Notes: generated from the letters alone by a model not told the origin. Positions 19,140 through 31,215 are shown, counted from the stretch's first letter. The stretch is 64,000 bases of DNA from Alphaproteobacteria bacterium (GCA_965214705.1 OZ243972.1:3360001-3424000), one strand, 5' to 3'. Program-made: numbers and translations.

Positions 19140-20300
19140 TCAGCTGGTGGTGGAGTTGGCCGTACCGGCCAACGCCCGCGCGATGGCCGTGCCGATGCGT
19201 TCAGCCGCCGCTTCAGTCTCCTTGTCGCTCACATGAGCGTAGCGCATGGTCATGCTCGGCCGCCTGTGACCCAGCAGGCGGGAGACGACGGGCAACGGGA
19301 TGCCTTGAAGGACGGCGTGGCTTGCGAACGTGTGACGGAGGTCATGAAGGCGTACATCCTCGATCCTGGCTTCTCTACGCACCAAGTACCAGAGCGGCAG
19401 GTGATGCGAAAGCGGCCGCCTGGAATCCGTCGGCGAGGGGAAGACATATACGCACCCGGTTCGCGTCTGCCGCTCCAGGATGGCGCGCGCCGGCGCACTC
19501 AGAAAGACCCGTCTCGGTCCGGTCTTGGCGTCGGCGAGATTGAGCGTGTCTGCGTCCACGTCCTGCCAGCGCAGCGTCAGGATTTCGCTCTTCCGGCAGC
19601 CGGTCAGCAGCAGAAGGCGGATGACATCCGCTTGCCGCGCCCACGAAGGCCGTGCGCCGGCATAGCAGTCCAGCGCACGGTGGAGACGGCGCACTTCATC
19701 GCGGGACAAGAAGCGAGTGAGCTTCGGGCGGGGGTTCCGCTTGATGCCACGTGCAGGGTTTGTCTGGAGATGGTCGCAAACGATCGCATGGTTCAGGATC
19801 CGGCGGAGAAGGCTCAACGCCTTGTTGGCCGCGCCCGGCGCGGTCCGGCTGTATTCGTCGAACCAGCGGCTCACGCCGGCACGGGTGATCCGATCCAGAG
19901 GCAGCGATCCGAAGACCGGGAGCAAGCGCGCGTCGACGATCCGGCTCGCTTTCTTCCGTGTGGACGGTTTGCCTCTGTCGAAACACGCCCGTCCCGGACC
20001 CGCAGCGAAGTCGCCGAAGGTCGGCACCGCTCCGCGTTCCGGACTGCCGGACCGCGCTCCGGTCTCGATGGCGAGGCACTTGGCGCGCGCCTCCTCGACG
20101 CCCGTCAGCGCCGCAGGTCCCAGCGTGATCCTGCGCGCGCCGTCCTCGCCCCTCCGGCAATAGACGAAGCTGCGGTGCCCCGACGGCCGCACCCGCACGC
20201 CGAGACCCGTCTGGCGCGTGTCCCAGACGGTGTATTCGCGGGCCGCCGGCGTCAGCCGGGCCACGTTGGCGTCGGTCAGACGCCGCCTCTTCGCGGCCAT
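19140..20300 (-). CDS. Tyrosine integrase with N-terminal arm-binding (DUF4102-like) domain
   Basis: VWDTRQTGLGVRVRPSG; TGCRKSE, DAKTG, HDLRH, LLGH, MRYAH. Confidence 0.92.
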   Translation of the reverse strand: MAAKRRRLTDANVARLTPAAREYTVWDTRQTGLGVRVRPSGHRSFVYCRRGEDGARRITLGPAALTGVEEARAKCLAIETGARSGSPERGAVPTFGDFAAGPGRACFDRGKPSTRKKASRIVDARLLPVFGSLPLDRITRAGVSRWFDEYSRTAPGAANKALSLLRRILNHAIVCDHLQTNPARGIKRNPRPKLTRFLSRDEVRRLHRALDCYAGARPSWARQADVIRLLLLTGCRKSEILTLRWQDVDADTLNLADAKTGPRRVFLSAPARAILERQTRTGCVYVFPSPTDSRRPLSHHLPLWYLVRREARIEDVRLHDLRHTFASHAVLQGIPLPVVSRLLGHRRPSMTMRYAHVSDKETEAAAERIGTAIARALAGTANSTTS

Positions 20301-20303
20301 GCG

Positions 20304-21428
20304 TCAGCCCTCAAGGACGGCGCCGACGGTATCGGCCGCCTCGCGCACCATGGCGTCGGCGAGGTGGGTGTACTTTAGGGTCGTTGCCGGATCGCGGTGT
20401 CCGAGCAGGCGGCCGATGATCAGCACCGTCTCGCCCTGCGCCAGCGCCATGCTGGCGTAGGTATGGCGCAAATCGTGAAGTCGGACGTCGCACAAGTCTG
20501 CCTCGGCTCTGATGCGTTGCCAGGCCTGGTCGAGTGCCTTCGTGGTCAGGCAACTGTCGGTTTGCGGCGAGGGAAAGACCCAGACCGCGCTGCGGGGCAG
20601 GCTGTCGAGAACCTCGCGCGCGGCGGACGAGAGCCAGACCGTGCGCGGCCCGGACTTGCTGTCGCGCAGGAACAGCTTGCCCTCTCGGTAGTCGCGCCAT
20701 TCGAGGGTGACGATCTCGCCCTTGCGGCATCCGGTGAGCAGCAGCAGCCGTATGATCGCCGCGGCCTGCGGCCGGCCGGCCTTATGGCGTGCCAGAACCT
20801 TGCCCAGCCGGCGCATCTCCGCCGCCGACAGGAAGCGCTCCCGCCCCTGGCGCCGGTATCGTCTGATGCCCGCGCACGGATTGGTGCCCTCTGGCCGGTA
20901 GCCGTAGACCTCGGCCTGGCGCATGATGACCGACAGGACGGGAGCCGAGCGGTCGGCAGTCACCGGGGTCTCGTGAAGGGATGCGAACCACTGCCGGACG
21001 TCGCTCACGGCGATACCGGCGATCGGTCGGCCTTCGAACCAGGGCAGGATCTGGTTGCGGTAATAGCGCCGGTTGACGTTGAGCGTAGACGGCTTCCAGT
21101 TTCGTGCGTAGCGCCGGAACACTTCGTCGGCGACCGTCTCGAACAGTGTGTCCTGCGGCGCGGCGGCTTGGTCGTCGTCTCCCCTGCGGATCGCGGCCAA
21201 GAGGGCCCTGGCCCGGTCGCGGGCCTCGTCCGTGCCGATGGCACCGGCCTGGCCCACGATCTTCCAGACCCGTCGGCCCTGGTGTTGGCTGTGAATGAAG
21301 TACCGCTTGGCGCCCGAGGGCAGGACCCTGACGCCGAATCCCTTGAGTTCTCGGTCGCGAACGTCGTAGGCGGCCTTTCGGGGCTTGAGCGTGTTGACAC
21401 GGCGTTCGTTGAGGCGAAGCGTAGCCAT
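20304..21428 (-). CDS. Tyrosine integrase with arm-binding domain (upstream member of tandem pair 1)
   Basis: GGAGG RBS before ATG 21428; RDRELKGFGVRVLPSG; TGCRKGE, DSKSG, HDLRH, LLGH, LKYTH. Confidence 0.92.
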   Translation of the reverse strand: MATLRLNERRVNTLKPRKAAYDVRDRELKGFGVRVLPSGAKRYFIHSQHQGRRVWKIVGQAGAIGTDEARDRARALLAAIRRGDDDQAAAPQDTLFETVADEVFRRYARNWKPSTLNVNRRYYRNQILPWFEGRPIAGIAVSDVRQWFASLHETPVTADRSAPVLSVIMRQAEVYGYRPEGTNPCAGIRRYRRQGRERFLSAAEMRRLGKVLARHKAGRPQAAAIIRLLLLTGCRKGEIVTLEWRDYREGKLFLRDSKSGPRTVWLSSAAREVLDSLPRSAVWVFPSPQTDSCLTTKALDQAWQRIRAEADLCDVRLHDLRHTYASMALAQGETVLIIGRLLGHRDPATTLKYTHLADAMVREAADTVGAVLEG

Positions 21429-21588
21429 CGATTTTCCTCCTTCGCTCCGTTGCAGCCGGGGCAAAACGCAGGGCGATTCCGCGCTTTCCGGCCAATGCAG
21501 GAGGAAATAAGCAACGCTATGTCAGTATGTTAGCACCGCAGGTGCGCCCGGTGGTGTCTTCCATCTTGCCGTCGATGTCACGACCGCC

Positions 21589-21820
21589 ATGGCCGATCCT
21601 GGGGGTGGCGCCGGGCCGGGGTATGAGCGGCGGGAGCGCGGCCGGAGCCGCGACGGGGCGGGCGGCGCGCTCGAAGAGTGTCGCGGCGTCGTGAAGTTCT
21701 ACAACGCGGCCAAGGGCTACGGCTTCGTGGTTCCCGACGGCGGCCGGGACGTGCTCGTGCACGAGAGCGTGCTGAACCGGGCGGGCCTGGAGCCGGGGCA
21801 GCGCGTGAGCGTCATGCCCG
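21589..21820 (+). pseudogene. Cold-shock domain protein, 3' end disrupted
   Basis: GVVKFYNAAKGYGFVVPDGGRDVLVHESVL carries RNP1/RNP2; the similarity ends just before the IS1380 end. Confidence 0.75.
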
Positions 21821-21837
21821 AGTTTGACAGCATCTGG

Positions 21838-22625
21838 CCCGGATTTCTCACGAGAGGGCTGCGATGGGTGTTTGGTTTGCTTCGGGTGGTTTCTGGTTGG
21901 CCTGGCTGCGCCTTCCGGGCGAAGGCGCAGCGGTAGCGGTGGCGCCGGGGGCGCGGTTGAAGTCGGAGCGGGTTCTTCGTTGTTGGCGGGAGGGTGGCGG
22001 GGTTCTGGGTGTCAGGTCAGGTGAATAATCGGGCGTGGGCGCGCGTGAACGCGGGCGCGTGGGGTGCGCCTGTTGCCATGGCAATGCGGATGCACCGGGT
22101 GCTGATGCGGACCTGGGCGCCGATCTTCAGCAGCTTGAGGCGGATCGAGCCGCAGGTGGCGCGGGCGAGGCGGGTGCCGGCGAGCGCGATGCGTCTCAGC
22201 GCGGCCAGCAGCACGTAAGCCATGGCGGCGAACCAGAGGCGGAGTTGGTTGGCGCGCATGGTCTGAGCCGAGGTGCGGTCTGCGAAGAGGTCGAGCTGGC
22301 ACTCCTTGATGCGGTTCTCCATGTCGGCGCGTGCGCAGTAGAGTTGCTCGTAGAGCTCCCGCCGCCCGATGGCGGCCGCGCTCAGCGAGGTGACGACGAA
22401 GCGGGGGTTGGCGCCGGCCGGGAGCCACTCCGCCTTGCCGACGACGCGGCGCCGCACGCGACTAGGTCTTGCGCGTGCGGTAGCGGAACTCGGTGAACAG
22501 GCGCGCCGTCTGGCCGCTCTCCCGCGCGCGCCTCGGCCAGGTCCATGGCCGGTTGCAGGCGGTCCGTGAGGCGCGGGTTGCGCCCGAGCCCGAAGACGTA
22601 GTCCACGCCGTTCGCCTCGCACTAG
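21838..22625 (-). pseudogene. IS1380-family 3' remnant (frameshifts/stop; 5' part lost at IS1634)
   Basis: RRVVGKAEW, NPRFVVTSL, YCARADMENRIKECQLDLFADRTS, ANQLRLWF; terminal ...GTGAGAAATCCGGG on the minus strand at 21838. Confidence 0.85.
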
Positions 22626-24656
22626 CCCGACTTCCGCAACTCGGGGGTTATGAGGGTGCTAACCCATTGATTCTCCGTGATCGGACCCCCAAAGGTCGGC
22701 ACTACAGAGCGCCGAACGGAGGGGCGGTCCGTGCGCAGTCAGGCGGAGAACCGCGGCCCGGGCTGTTGCGGCAGGGTCATGCCGATACCCGGAACAAGTC
22801 CGGGCAGGTGCAGTAGAAGCTCGTGCTCCTTGTTCGGCCGGGTGTGGCGCGGCAGGATCAAGTGCCGGCCGTCGGTGGTCGGCAGGTGGACGTCCACCAT
22901 CTGGATGGTGGCGAACGCCTCGATGATGGCGCGGGGCGTCAGCCCGTTGGCGCGCGGGCGGGCGAGGTTCTTCAGCGTGACCAGCAGGCAGTAGGCAATG
23001 AAGGAGACGAAGATGTGCGCCTCGATCCGCTTCTCGCGCTGATGGAAGATGGGACGGATGGCGAGGTCGTGCTTGAGCTCCTTGAACGCCTGCTCGATCT
23101 CGATCAACTGCATGTACAGGTGCCAGAGCGTGGCGGGGTCTTCGGCGGTCATGTTGGATCGCAAGAGGTAGCGGCCCTCTCGGCGGCGCACGCGGCGTAG
23201 CCGGTCGCGCCGCAGGCGGAATGAGAAGCCGTCGGCGGCGAGTTCCTTGTCGGTCTCGGGCACGCGGATGCCGACCAGGTTCCAGGCCCGGCCCACCTCC
23301 TTCCTGGCGGCGCCGAGCTTGAGCATCAGTTGATCTCGGCTGTTGGACTGCCCTTGCAGCTCGCGCAACCGGTGCCACAGCTTCTTGAGCCGCCGCCGAC
23401 GCATGCCGCGTTCCTTCAGCTGCCGCCCCTCGCTGCGCACCAGGACGTAGAGTTCGCCGTCTTCGACCAGCAGCTTGACGTTCACGGACTGGCGCACCTC
23501 CTGCCAGGGCAGATCCAGGAATGCCTTCTCCAGCCGCGTCAGCCGCCCCTTCGGCGTGCCCACCAGATAGCGCACCGGCGCCTCACCCGCGCGCATTGCC
23601 GCCAGCGTCTCCTCGGTAGGGATGCCACGGTCCATGATCCAGATCCGGTCGGAGCGGCCGTATTGCCGTTCGATCTTCTCGAGGAACCCCGCCAGCGTGG
23701 TCTGGTCGGCGGTATTCCCCGGCATCACCTCGTAGGCCAGCGGGAAGCCCTCGGGCGTCACGATCAGCGCGATCACCACCTGCACGCAGTCAGGCCGCTT
23801 GTCCCGGCTGTAGCCGAAGCGGCGCTTGTCCTCGAACGGCGGGTCGCTCTCGAAGTACGTGCTGGTCAGATCATACAGCAGGACATCGAAGCGCGCGTCG
23901 AACAGCGCCGCCCAGCGGCCGCGCAGGAACGAGAAGAAGTCCTGCTTGTGCTCCAGCAGCTTGTCGAGGCAGCGATACAGTGTGTCGTCGGCGACCGCCC
24001 GGTCGCTGCCCAGCAGATCGCGCAACGCGCTGTGCTCGTACCAGTGACGGTGAAGACGCCACTCGCTGCCCGGATCGATCAGCCGGTAGCAGGCCTGGAT
24101 CTTCAGGATGTCCAGCCACCTCGTGCCTTGCCGGCTCGGCGGCAGGCGCGGACCCCAGAAGCGGTCCAGATCAAGACGGTCCCACAACGCCAAGGCCAGC
24201 CAGCACGCCCCCCACTGGCGCGGGTCGTGAAGCGCCACCTCCGAGACGTTGATCTTGACCACTTCGCAGTTCAGCGCCGGCGCCTCCCGATCCTCGGGAA
24301 AGAGCGCCATCTGACGCGACCCCGACTTGCCCTCCACCACCTCGATCGAGCGGCACCACGCCGCGCGCTGATTGTCGTTGATCTCGCCGAGATAGAGAAC
24401 GTGGCGCTGAACGACCCGGCCGCCGCGGACCCGGACGTTCTCCACCACGCTCCAGTAGCGGTGCTCCTTGCCGTCTTTGAAGCGTCTCTTGCAGCGCACG
24501 AACATGGTCGAATCGTCCGCCGCCGCGGCACCCCGATCAAGGGGGTAGGTCGGCACTACACGCGGTTCTGGAAGGGCAAAGCCCGGAAATCCGCCACTTT
24601 CCGGGCCGAAAAACCGTCAAATTGGCCGAATCGCGTGCCGAGTTGCGGAAGTCGGG
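22626..24656 (-). mobile_element. IS1634-family element
   Basis: Perfect 19-bp IR cccgacttccgcaactcgg at both ends; no clear TSD. Confidence 0.9.
22739..24505 (-). CDS. IS1634-family transposase
   Basis: MFVRCKRRFKDGKEHRYWSVVEN, LLYDLTSTYFE, GYSRDKRPD, MDRGI, IEQAFKELK..LAIRPIFH, RIEAH. Confidence 0.93.
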   Translation of the reverse strand: MFVRCKRRFKDGKEHRYWSVVENVRVRGGRVVQRHVLYLGEINDNQRAAWCRSIEVVEGKSGSRQMALFPEDREAPALNCEVVKINVSEVALHDPRQWGACWLALALWDRLDLDRFWGPRLPPSRQGTRWLDILKIQACYRLIDPGSEWRLHRHWYEHSALRDLLGSDRAVADDTLYRCLDKLLEHKQDFFSFLRGRWAALFDARFDVLLYDLTSTYFESDPPFEDKRRFGYSRDKRPDCVQVVIALIVTPEGFPLAYEVMPGNTADQTTLAGFLEKIERQYGRSDRIWIMDRGIPTEETLAAMRAGEAPVRYLVGTPKGRLTRLEKAFLDLPWQEVRQSVNVKLLVEDGELYVLVRSEGRQLKERGMRRRRLKKLWHRLRELQGQSNSRDQLMLKLGAARKEVGRAWNLVGIRVPETDKELAADGFSFRLRRDRLRRVRRREGRYLLRSNMTAEDPATLWHLYMQLIEIEQAFKELKHDLAIRPIFHQREKRIEAHIFVSFIAYCLLVTLKNLARPRANGLTPRAIIEAFATIQMVDVHLPTTDGRHLILPRHTRPNKEHELLLHLPGLVPGIGMTLPQQPGPRFSA

Positions 24657-24912
24657 ATAGGGCGGTTTTCGGCCGACAATCCCACGATCACGCGGCAGCG
24701 GAGGGGCCCCCCGACTGCCGGCCGGGCACCGCCTCCGCCGGATAGACCGCCCCCACCCCGGTACGGGTCGACCGGAAGCGCGAGCCCGGCGCTCGCCGCC
24801 CTCACGGACGCACGGGCGACGGCACGGGCTACCGCCAAGCCGATGTCGCGGATATGATCGCCTGCCGGTGCCGCCCAGCGCTCCGGCTACCCTGACCATC
24901 GAGCAAGCGGGC

Positions 24913-27648
24913 ATGGCGTCGAGGAAGCACAGCCGCAAGGGGCGCAGGCGCAAGCGGCCTGGCAAGGTCACCGCCGTCCAGCAGCTGAATCAGGCCCGTC
25001 GGCGGCTGGCCAGCGGGGACGCCCGCGGCGCCCTCGATCTCCTGAAGCGGGTGCCGGACGGGGAGCACGACCCGGCAGGCAAGGCGTGCCTGCATTTCTG
25101 CGCTCTGACGCAGCGGGCCCGTCAACTGGCACGGCGGGGCCAGAAGAAGGAGGCGGCCGCCATGCGCGCGCGGGCCGCCGAGCAGCGGTCATCCATCCCT
25201 GCCGGGGCGCTGGGGGAGGAGGACCTGATGAGCTACCTCCGCCATCTTGATCCTGGCGAGGCGGTCGCAACCTACGCGGGATACATGAAGGAGAGATCGC
25301 CGATCGCCGGGGCTGAGCGCCTGCTCGCCGACAGGCTAGTGACCCGGCGGTGCTGGGCGAGTCTGGACGCGCTCGACGCGAGCCATGCGCTTCGCCGCGA
25401 CGCGGACCACGTCATGCGCGGCCTCGACGCGATGGACGCGGGAGAGTGGGAGCGTGCGGCGGATCTGCTGCGCGGGCTGCACCGGCGCTCGCCGTTCGCG
25501 GCCTGGCGCGTGTTCTGCAAGGCGATGGCGTGTTTCGGTGCCGGCGACGACGAGGGCCTGCGCCGTGCGGCGGACCTTCTGCCCGGGGAGTTCGCGCTTG
25601 CCGGCATCGTCGCCGAGTTGCGGCGGGCTGGCGGGGGCGGGGGCAAGGGCGGCTCTTCCAGGGTTCAGCGGGCCCTGGGAACGGACGGCGCGACGGTCTC
25701 GGAGCTGGGCGAGGAGTTGCGCCAGGCTCTTCGCAGGAACGAGCGCGAGCGGGTCATCGAGCGACTGATGAGCCGCCTGGCCGATGCACTCAGCCCCGAC
25801 GATCCCCTGCCGGCGCTTGTCGATCTGGTGCAGATTGCGGGCTTGGCCACCGCGCGCAGCCACCTCTCCATGGGCGCAGTGGAGCGGCTGGCACAGCACC
25901 TTCTGCCGGCCAGGCGGGTTCCGGGCCTGATCTCCAGGATCGGGTTGGTTCTTCAGCAGGCCTCCCTGGGCGCATGGAACCCCGGTGCGGCGGGATCCCT
26001 GCTGGGCCGCCTTCGCGAGGAGTTCCCCCGGTCCGGGGATCATGGTCTGGTTCGGGGCCGCGTATACGAGGCGCTGGCGAGGATCGGACATCGGAGCGTG
26101 CAGCCGGAGCTGCTGCCGGCCCCGAAGGTGCGGGAGCTGATCCTGCTTCTCGATGGGCGGTCCTTCGAGGCCGGGACGGTGTTTGCCGATCTGATGCAGG
26201 AGAGCCTGCTGGCCGATCCCGGCAACCGCGACGGCTATCGCTTCCTGGCGGAGCTGTTGCGGGGCCGCAGGCAGGACAGGAACCGTCTGCGGCGGGTGCT
26301 GGAGGACACGGCGTCCCGATTTCCCGAGGATGCTGAGCCCTGGCTTGAGTTGACCGAGCTTCACTACGCCGGCAATGCGTACCGGCGGGCGGAGGAGGCT
26401 CTTGCCGAGGCCCGGCGGCGCGCTCCGCATGACGAGCGCATCGTCGGCCTGCAGGCGGTGGGCTTCCTCAAGTCATCGGACCAGAGCCGCAAGAGCGGAC
26501 GGTTCGAGCTGGCGGCCCGGGATTTGCAGCGGGCCGAGGCGCTGGGGGGCTCCCGGCTGACAGACATCGTGCCGGTGAAGAGGCTTCTGCTGGACCTGGT
26601 GTCGTCGGGCGGGGATGCCGCCGCGGTCGTGGTTCCCCGTCTTTCCGCCCTGCCTCCTGCCGGGCAGATCAGGACCCTGGCGCTGCTGCTTCACGAGCTG
26701 GAAGCGAACAGCACCGTCAGGAACGTCACGCCCGAGATGACGCATGCCGTGCGAGGCCTTCTGGCTCTCAGGGCGCCCATGATCGATGACATCGATGGGG
26801 AGGAGGCGGCCGGTCTTCTGGCTCCCCTCCCAGGGGATTTTCGGATCCTCTATGGCCGCCTTCATGTCGCGCCGGTCCTGGCCGACTTCTGGGGCGCGAT
26901 CATGCGCGGGCAGCGGGACGACGGTCTGCTGGATGTCTTCGACATTCTGCTGGACTGCGGCGGCCGGGCTGCCGTGCGGGCCGAGATCGGGCTTCGCCTA
27001 GCCGGAACGAGCAAGGCGGAGCGGGATCCGTTGCTGCTCCTGTACCTTGCGGCGATCCGCTACCAGGAAGGCGACGACGACGATTCCCGGCGCTTCTTTG
27101 AGGCGCTGGAATCGGCAGCCCCGTCCGAGCGCGAGCGCCTGCGGGTGGGAGCCGGGCGGCTTGCCCGGGTCAGCGCGGGCATCCTGCGCGAAGCGCTTCA
27201 CACGTTCGACTTCGGGCTTCTGGACCCGCCCGAGCCGCTGTTCGGGGGCGACGCTCCGGGACCGCTCTCGAGCCTTCTGGACGAGATCCTGGGACCCGAG
27301 GAAGAGCCGTCCGGAGAAGAACCGTCTCTCGACGCGTTCCTGGATGCTCTGAGGGTCGGCCTGCAGGCGGGATTGCCGGGCCAGCCCTGCCAGACCTCGT
27401 TGTTCGACGACGACGAGGCGGCACGTGAGCTGGAGACGCTGGAAGGCTTGATCGACCGGCACTGGCTTCGCGGGGTTCCCTCTCCGCTGCTGAGGGAGGT
27501 GGCGGAGGTGGCGAGAGCGGAGCCTGGGATTCGGCACAACCTGGACCGCAGCGCCCGCACGTGCGAGGAGTCGGGGCTTCGCGACGGGCTGAGCCGGGAG
27601 GCGCGTATCTTCCTCTTTCCCCGCAAGCAGGGTCGCCGGAGGGCGTAG
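24913..27648 (+). CDS. Large all-helical, TPR-containing protein of unknown function (first gene of the Hsp70 operon)
   Basis: About 910 aa. TPR-like segments such as FPEDAEPWLELTELHYAGNAYRRAEEALAEARRRAPHD, basic N-terminus, acidic linker near the C-terminus. An alternative GTG start lies at 24868. Confidence 0.75.
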   Translation: MASRKHSRKGRRRKRPGKVTAVQQLNQARRRLASGDARGALDLLKRVPDGEHDPAGKACLHFCALTQRARQLARRGQKKEAAAMRARAAEQRSSIPAGALGEEDLMSYLRHLDPGEAVATYAGYMKERSPIAGAERLLADRLVTRRCWASLDALDASHALRRDADHVMRGLDAMDAGEWERAADLLRGLHRRSPFAAWRVFCKAMACFGAGDDEGLRRAADLLPGEFALAGIVAELRRAGGGGGKGGSSRVQRALGTDGATVSELGEELRQALRRNERERVIERLMSRLADALSPDDPLPALVDLVQIAGLATARSHLSMGAVERLAQHLLPARRVPGLISRIGLVLQQASLGAWNPGAAGSLLGRLREEFPRSGDHGLVRGRVYEALARIGHRSVQPELLPAPKVRELILLLDGRSFEAGTVFADLMQESLLADPGNRDGYRFLAELLRGRRQDRNRLRRVLEDTASRFPEDAEPWLELTELHYAGNAYRRAEEALAEARRRAPHDERIVGLQAVGFLKSSDQSRKSGRFELAARDLQRAEALGGSRLTDIVPVKRLLLDLVSSGGDAAAVVVPRLSALPPAGQIRTLALLLHELEANSTVRNVTPEMTHAVRGLLALRAPMIDDIDGEEAAGLLAPLPGDFRILYGRLHVAPVLADFWGAIMRGQRDDGLLDVFDILLDCGGRAAVRAEIGLRLAGTSKAERDPLLLLYLAAIRYQEGDDDDSRRFFEALESAAPSERERLRVGAGRLARVSAGILREALHTFDFGLLDPPEPLFGGDAPGPLSSLLDEILGPEEEPSGEEPSLDAFLDALRVGLQAGLPGQPCQTSLFDDDEAARELETLEGLIDRHWLRGVPSPLLREVAEVARAEPGIRHNLDRSARTCEESGLRDGLSREARIFLFPRKQGRRRA

Positions 27649-27651
27649 GCG

Positions 27652-27957
27652 ATGCTGGCTCACTATCTTGCTCTGGGGCTTTCCCCCTCCGCCTCGCGGG
27701 AGGAGGTTCGCCGGCGCTACCTCGAGCTGATCCGGGCGCATCCGCCGAGCCGGGAGCCGGCGTACAGCGAGCGGATCGTGGCCGCCTACGAAGCCCTGAA
27801 GGACGATCGCTCGCGCGTGGAGACGGCGATGTTCGGGATGTCCCGGCATGGCGATTTCGAGCTGGCTCTGGACGCGCTGGTGCAGGCGCGGCCGCGCGGG
27901 CGTGCCACCCCGGGCCTGCAGGCGCTGATTGCGGCGGAAGGCGCAGAGGATGAGTGA
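27652..27957 (+). CDS. J-domain-like protein with HPP in place of HPD
   Basis: HYLALGLSPSASREEVRRRYLELIRAHPPSREP...IVAAYEALKD follows J helices I-III. Confidence 0.85.
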   Translation: MLAHYLALGLSPSASREEVRRRYLELIRAHPPSREPAYSERIVAAYEALKDDRSRVETAMFGMSRHGDFELALDALVQARPRGRATPGLQALIAAEGAEDE

Positions 27958-28617
27958 GCCTGACGGCGACTGGAAGCGCCGCGCCCTTGAGGATTTCGGG
28001 CACTGGCTCGACGAACTGGAGGAGGAGGACAGCGGCGACGGCGGGACCGGTATAGCGCCGGAGCCAGATTTGCGCGACTTGTTCGCCGAGCTTGCGGCGC
28101 TGCGCCAGGAGGTCCGGCTGCAAAACCGCGAGCAGTCGAAGGCGGGCCGGGAGCTTGCCCAGGCGGCGGCACGCTACGACGGCGCTGCGGCGTTGATGAA
28201 GCGCCGCGAGGACGATCTTGCGGCATTCGAGACGCGGGTCTCGCGCGAGGCCGAGAACCGCTGCCTGCGCTCTGTTCTCGAGGTGCGCGATGCCCTGGTC
28301 CGGGGCTTGGAGGCAGGGACGGCGCTGCGCGAACGCCCCGGCTTGTTCCGCCGCCCGCCGCGGGGTATGCGCGGCGTCGCCGAGGGCTACGAGATCGCAC
28401 TCAGGCGTTTCGACCGGATGCTGTCCGGGTTCGGGGTCGAGCGCCTGCGGACCGCAGGCCAGCCGTTCGATGCGCGCACCATGCACGCGGCGGAGGTCCG
28501 CCGGGTCGCGGGGGTCGGGAGCGGCATGGTGGTCGAGGAGCTGCTCAGCGGCTACACCCGGGGCGGCGACATTCTGCGCCTCGCCGAGGTGGCCGTGAAC
28601 CGCAACGAGAGGCAGGA

Positions 28618-28621
<4 letters not shown>
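27950..28621 (+). CDS. GrpE-like nucleotide exchange factor with N-terminal extension
   Basis: Long coiled coil, then GVERL..AGQPFDARTMHAAEV...GMVVEELLSGY...GDILRLAEVAV; overlaps the J-gene stop. Confidence 0.88.
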
Positions 28622-30396
<1,775 letters not shown>

Positions 30397-30400
30397 GCCG

Positions 30401-30760
30401 GTGCTCCGCTGCCCGACCTGCGGCGCCGGGGGGATCGAGGGCCCGACATGCCACCGCTGCCGGACCGACCTGCGCCAGGTGCTGGCCGTCGAGCGGGCCG
30501 CTGCGCAGTGCCGGCGGCGGGCGGCGGCCGCGCTGGCAAGCGGCTGCGGCGACCGGGCGCGCGCCCTTGCGGACAGGGCCTGCGCACTCCACCGCTGCCA
30601 TGCGTCCGTTTCCCTGCGCGCCGCGGCCGCGCTCGTCGATGGCGAGTTCGGCTTGGCCCTCCGTCTGTGGCGGGAGGTCCGAAGCGGGCCGCCGGACAAC
30701 CCCGCTCCGGCGAACGCACGCGCTTCTATCGCTCCCTCGCCCGCCGTTCCACGAAACTGA
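30401..30760 (+). CDS. Small Zn-ribbon + TPR-like protein
   Basis: GTG start 4 bp after the Hsp70 stop; RCPTC...CHRCRTDL followed by Ala-rich helical pairs. Confidence 0.7.
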   Translation: MLRCPTCGAGGIEGPTCHRCRTDLRQVLAVERAAAQCRRRAAAALASGCGDRARALADRACALHRCHASVSLRAAAALVDGEFGLALRLWREVRSGPPDNPAPANARASIAPSPAVPRN

Positions 30761-30816
30761 GTGCCGCGCAGGCGATGAGTCCGGAGCGGGATACCCCCTC
30801 CCGCGATGCGGCTTCG

Positions 30817-31215
30817 TCAATGATCGCAAGCAGGCGCGATGGCACCGAGAGCTGCCCAGCGCGTGGGACGGCTCACCGATCCCTTGCTCCGAAGGGCGTA
30901 TACGAGAGGCGATCGTGCGCTCGGCCGCGAGAGGGCATCCTCCCAGGCATCGACGGCATCGCCAAGCGCGTTCCAGCGCTCCTCCAGCCCCATGTCGGCC
31001 ATGCGCTGTTGCTCGATCCTGGCGAGCAGCAGAAGCTCGCGCACCGTGCGGCGCAGAACGCTATCCGGCAGCGGGTCCGGCGCGCTCGCCCTGTGCACGA
31101 TGTAGCGCGAGAGATCCATGCCCGCGTCGGCAGCGAGTTCGCGAATGCGCGCCCATTCGCTTGCTGTCGTCATCACCGCGTGCTGTGTGCGGCGCTCCGT
31201 CGGCCGGCGGCTCAT
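30817..31215 (-). CDS. RHH/MobC-like small DNA-binding protein (paralog 3, longest)
   Basis: RRTQHAVMTTASEWARIRELAADAGMDLSRYIVHRA..PDPLP shows a strand-helix-helix pattern; the true C-terminus is uncertain. Confidence 0.6.
   Translation of the reverse strand: MSRRPTERRTQHAVMTTASEWARIRELAADAGMDLSRYIVHRASAPDPLPDSVLRRTVRELLLLARIEQQRMADMGLEERWNALGDAVDAWEDALSRPSARSPLVYALRSKGSVSRPTRWAALGAIAPACDH

Noticed and set aside
24657-24912. Heat-shock control (CIRCE or sigma-32 promoter) of the Hsp70 operon
   Set aside because: No TTAGCACTC-N9-GAGTGCTAA or convincing CTTGAA/CCCCAT spacing was found.
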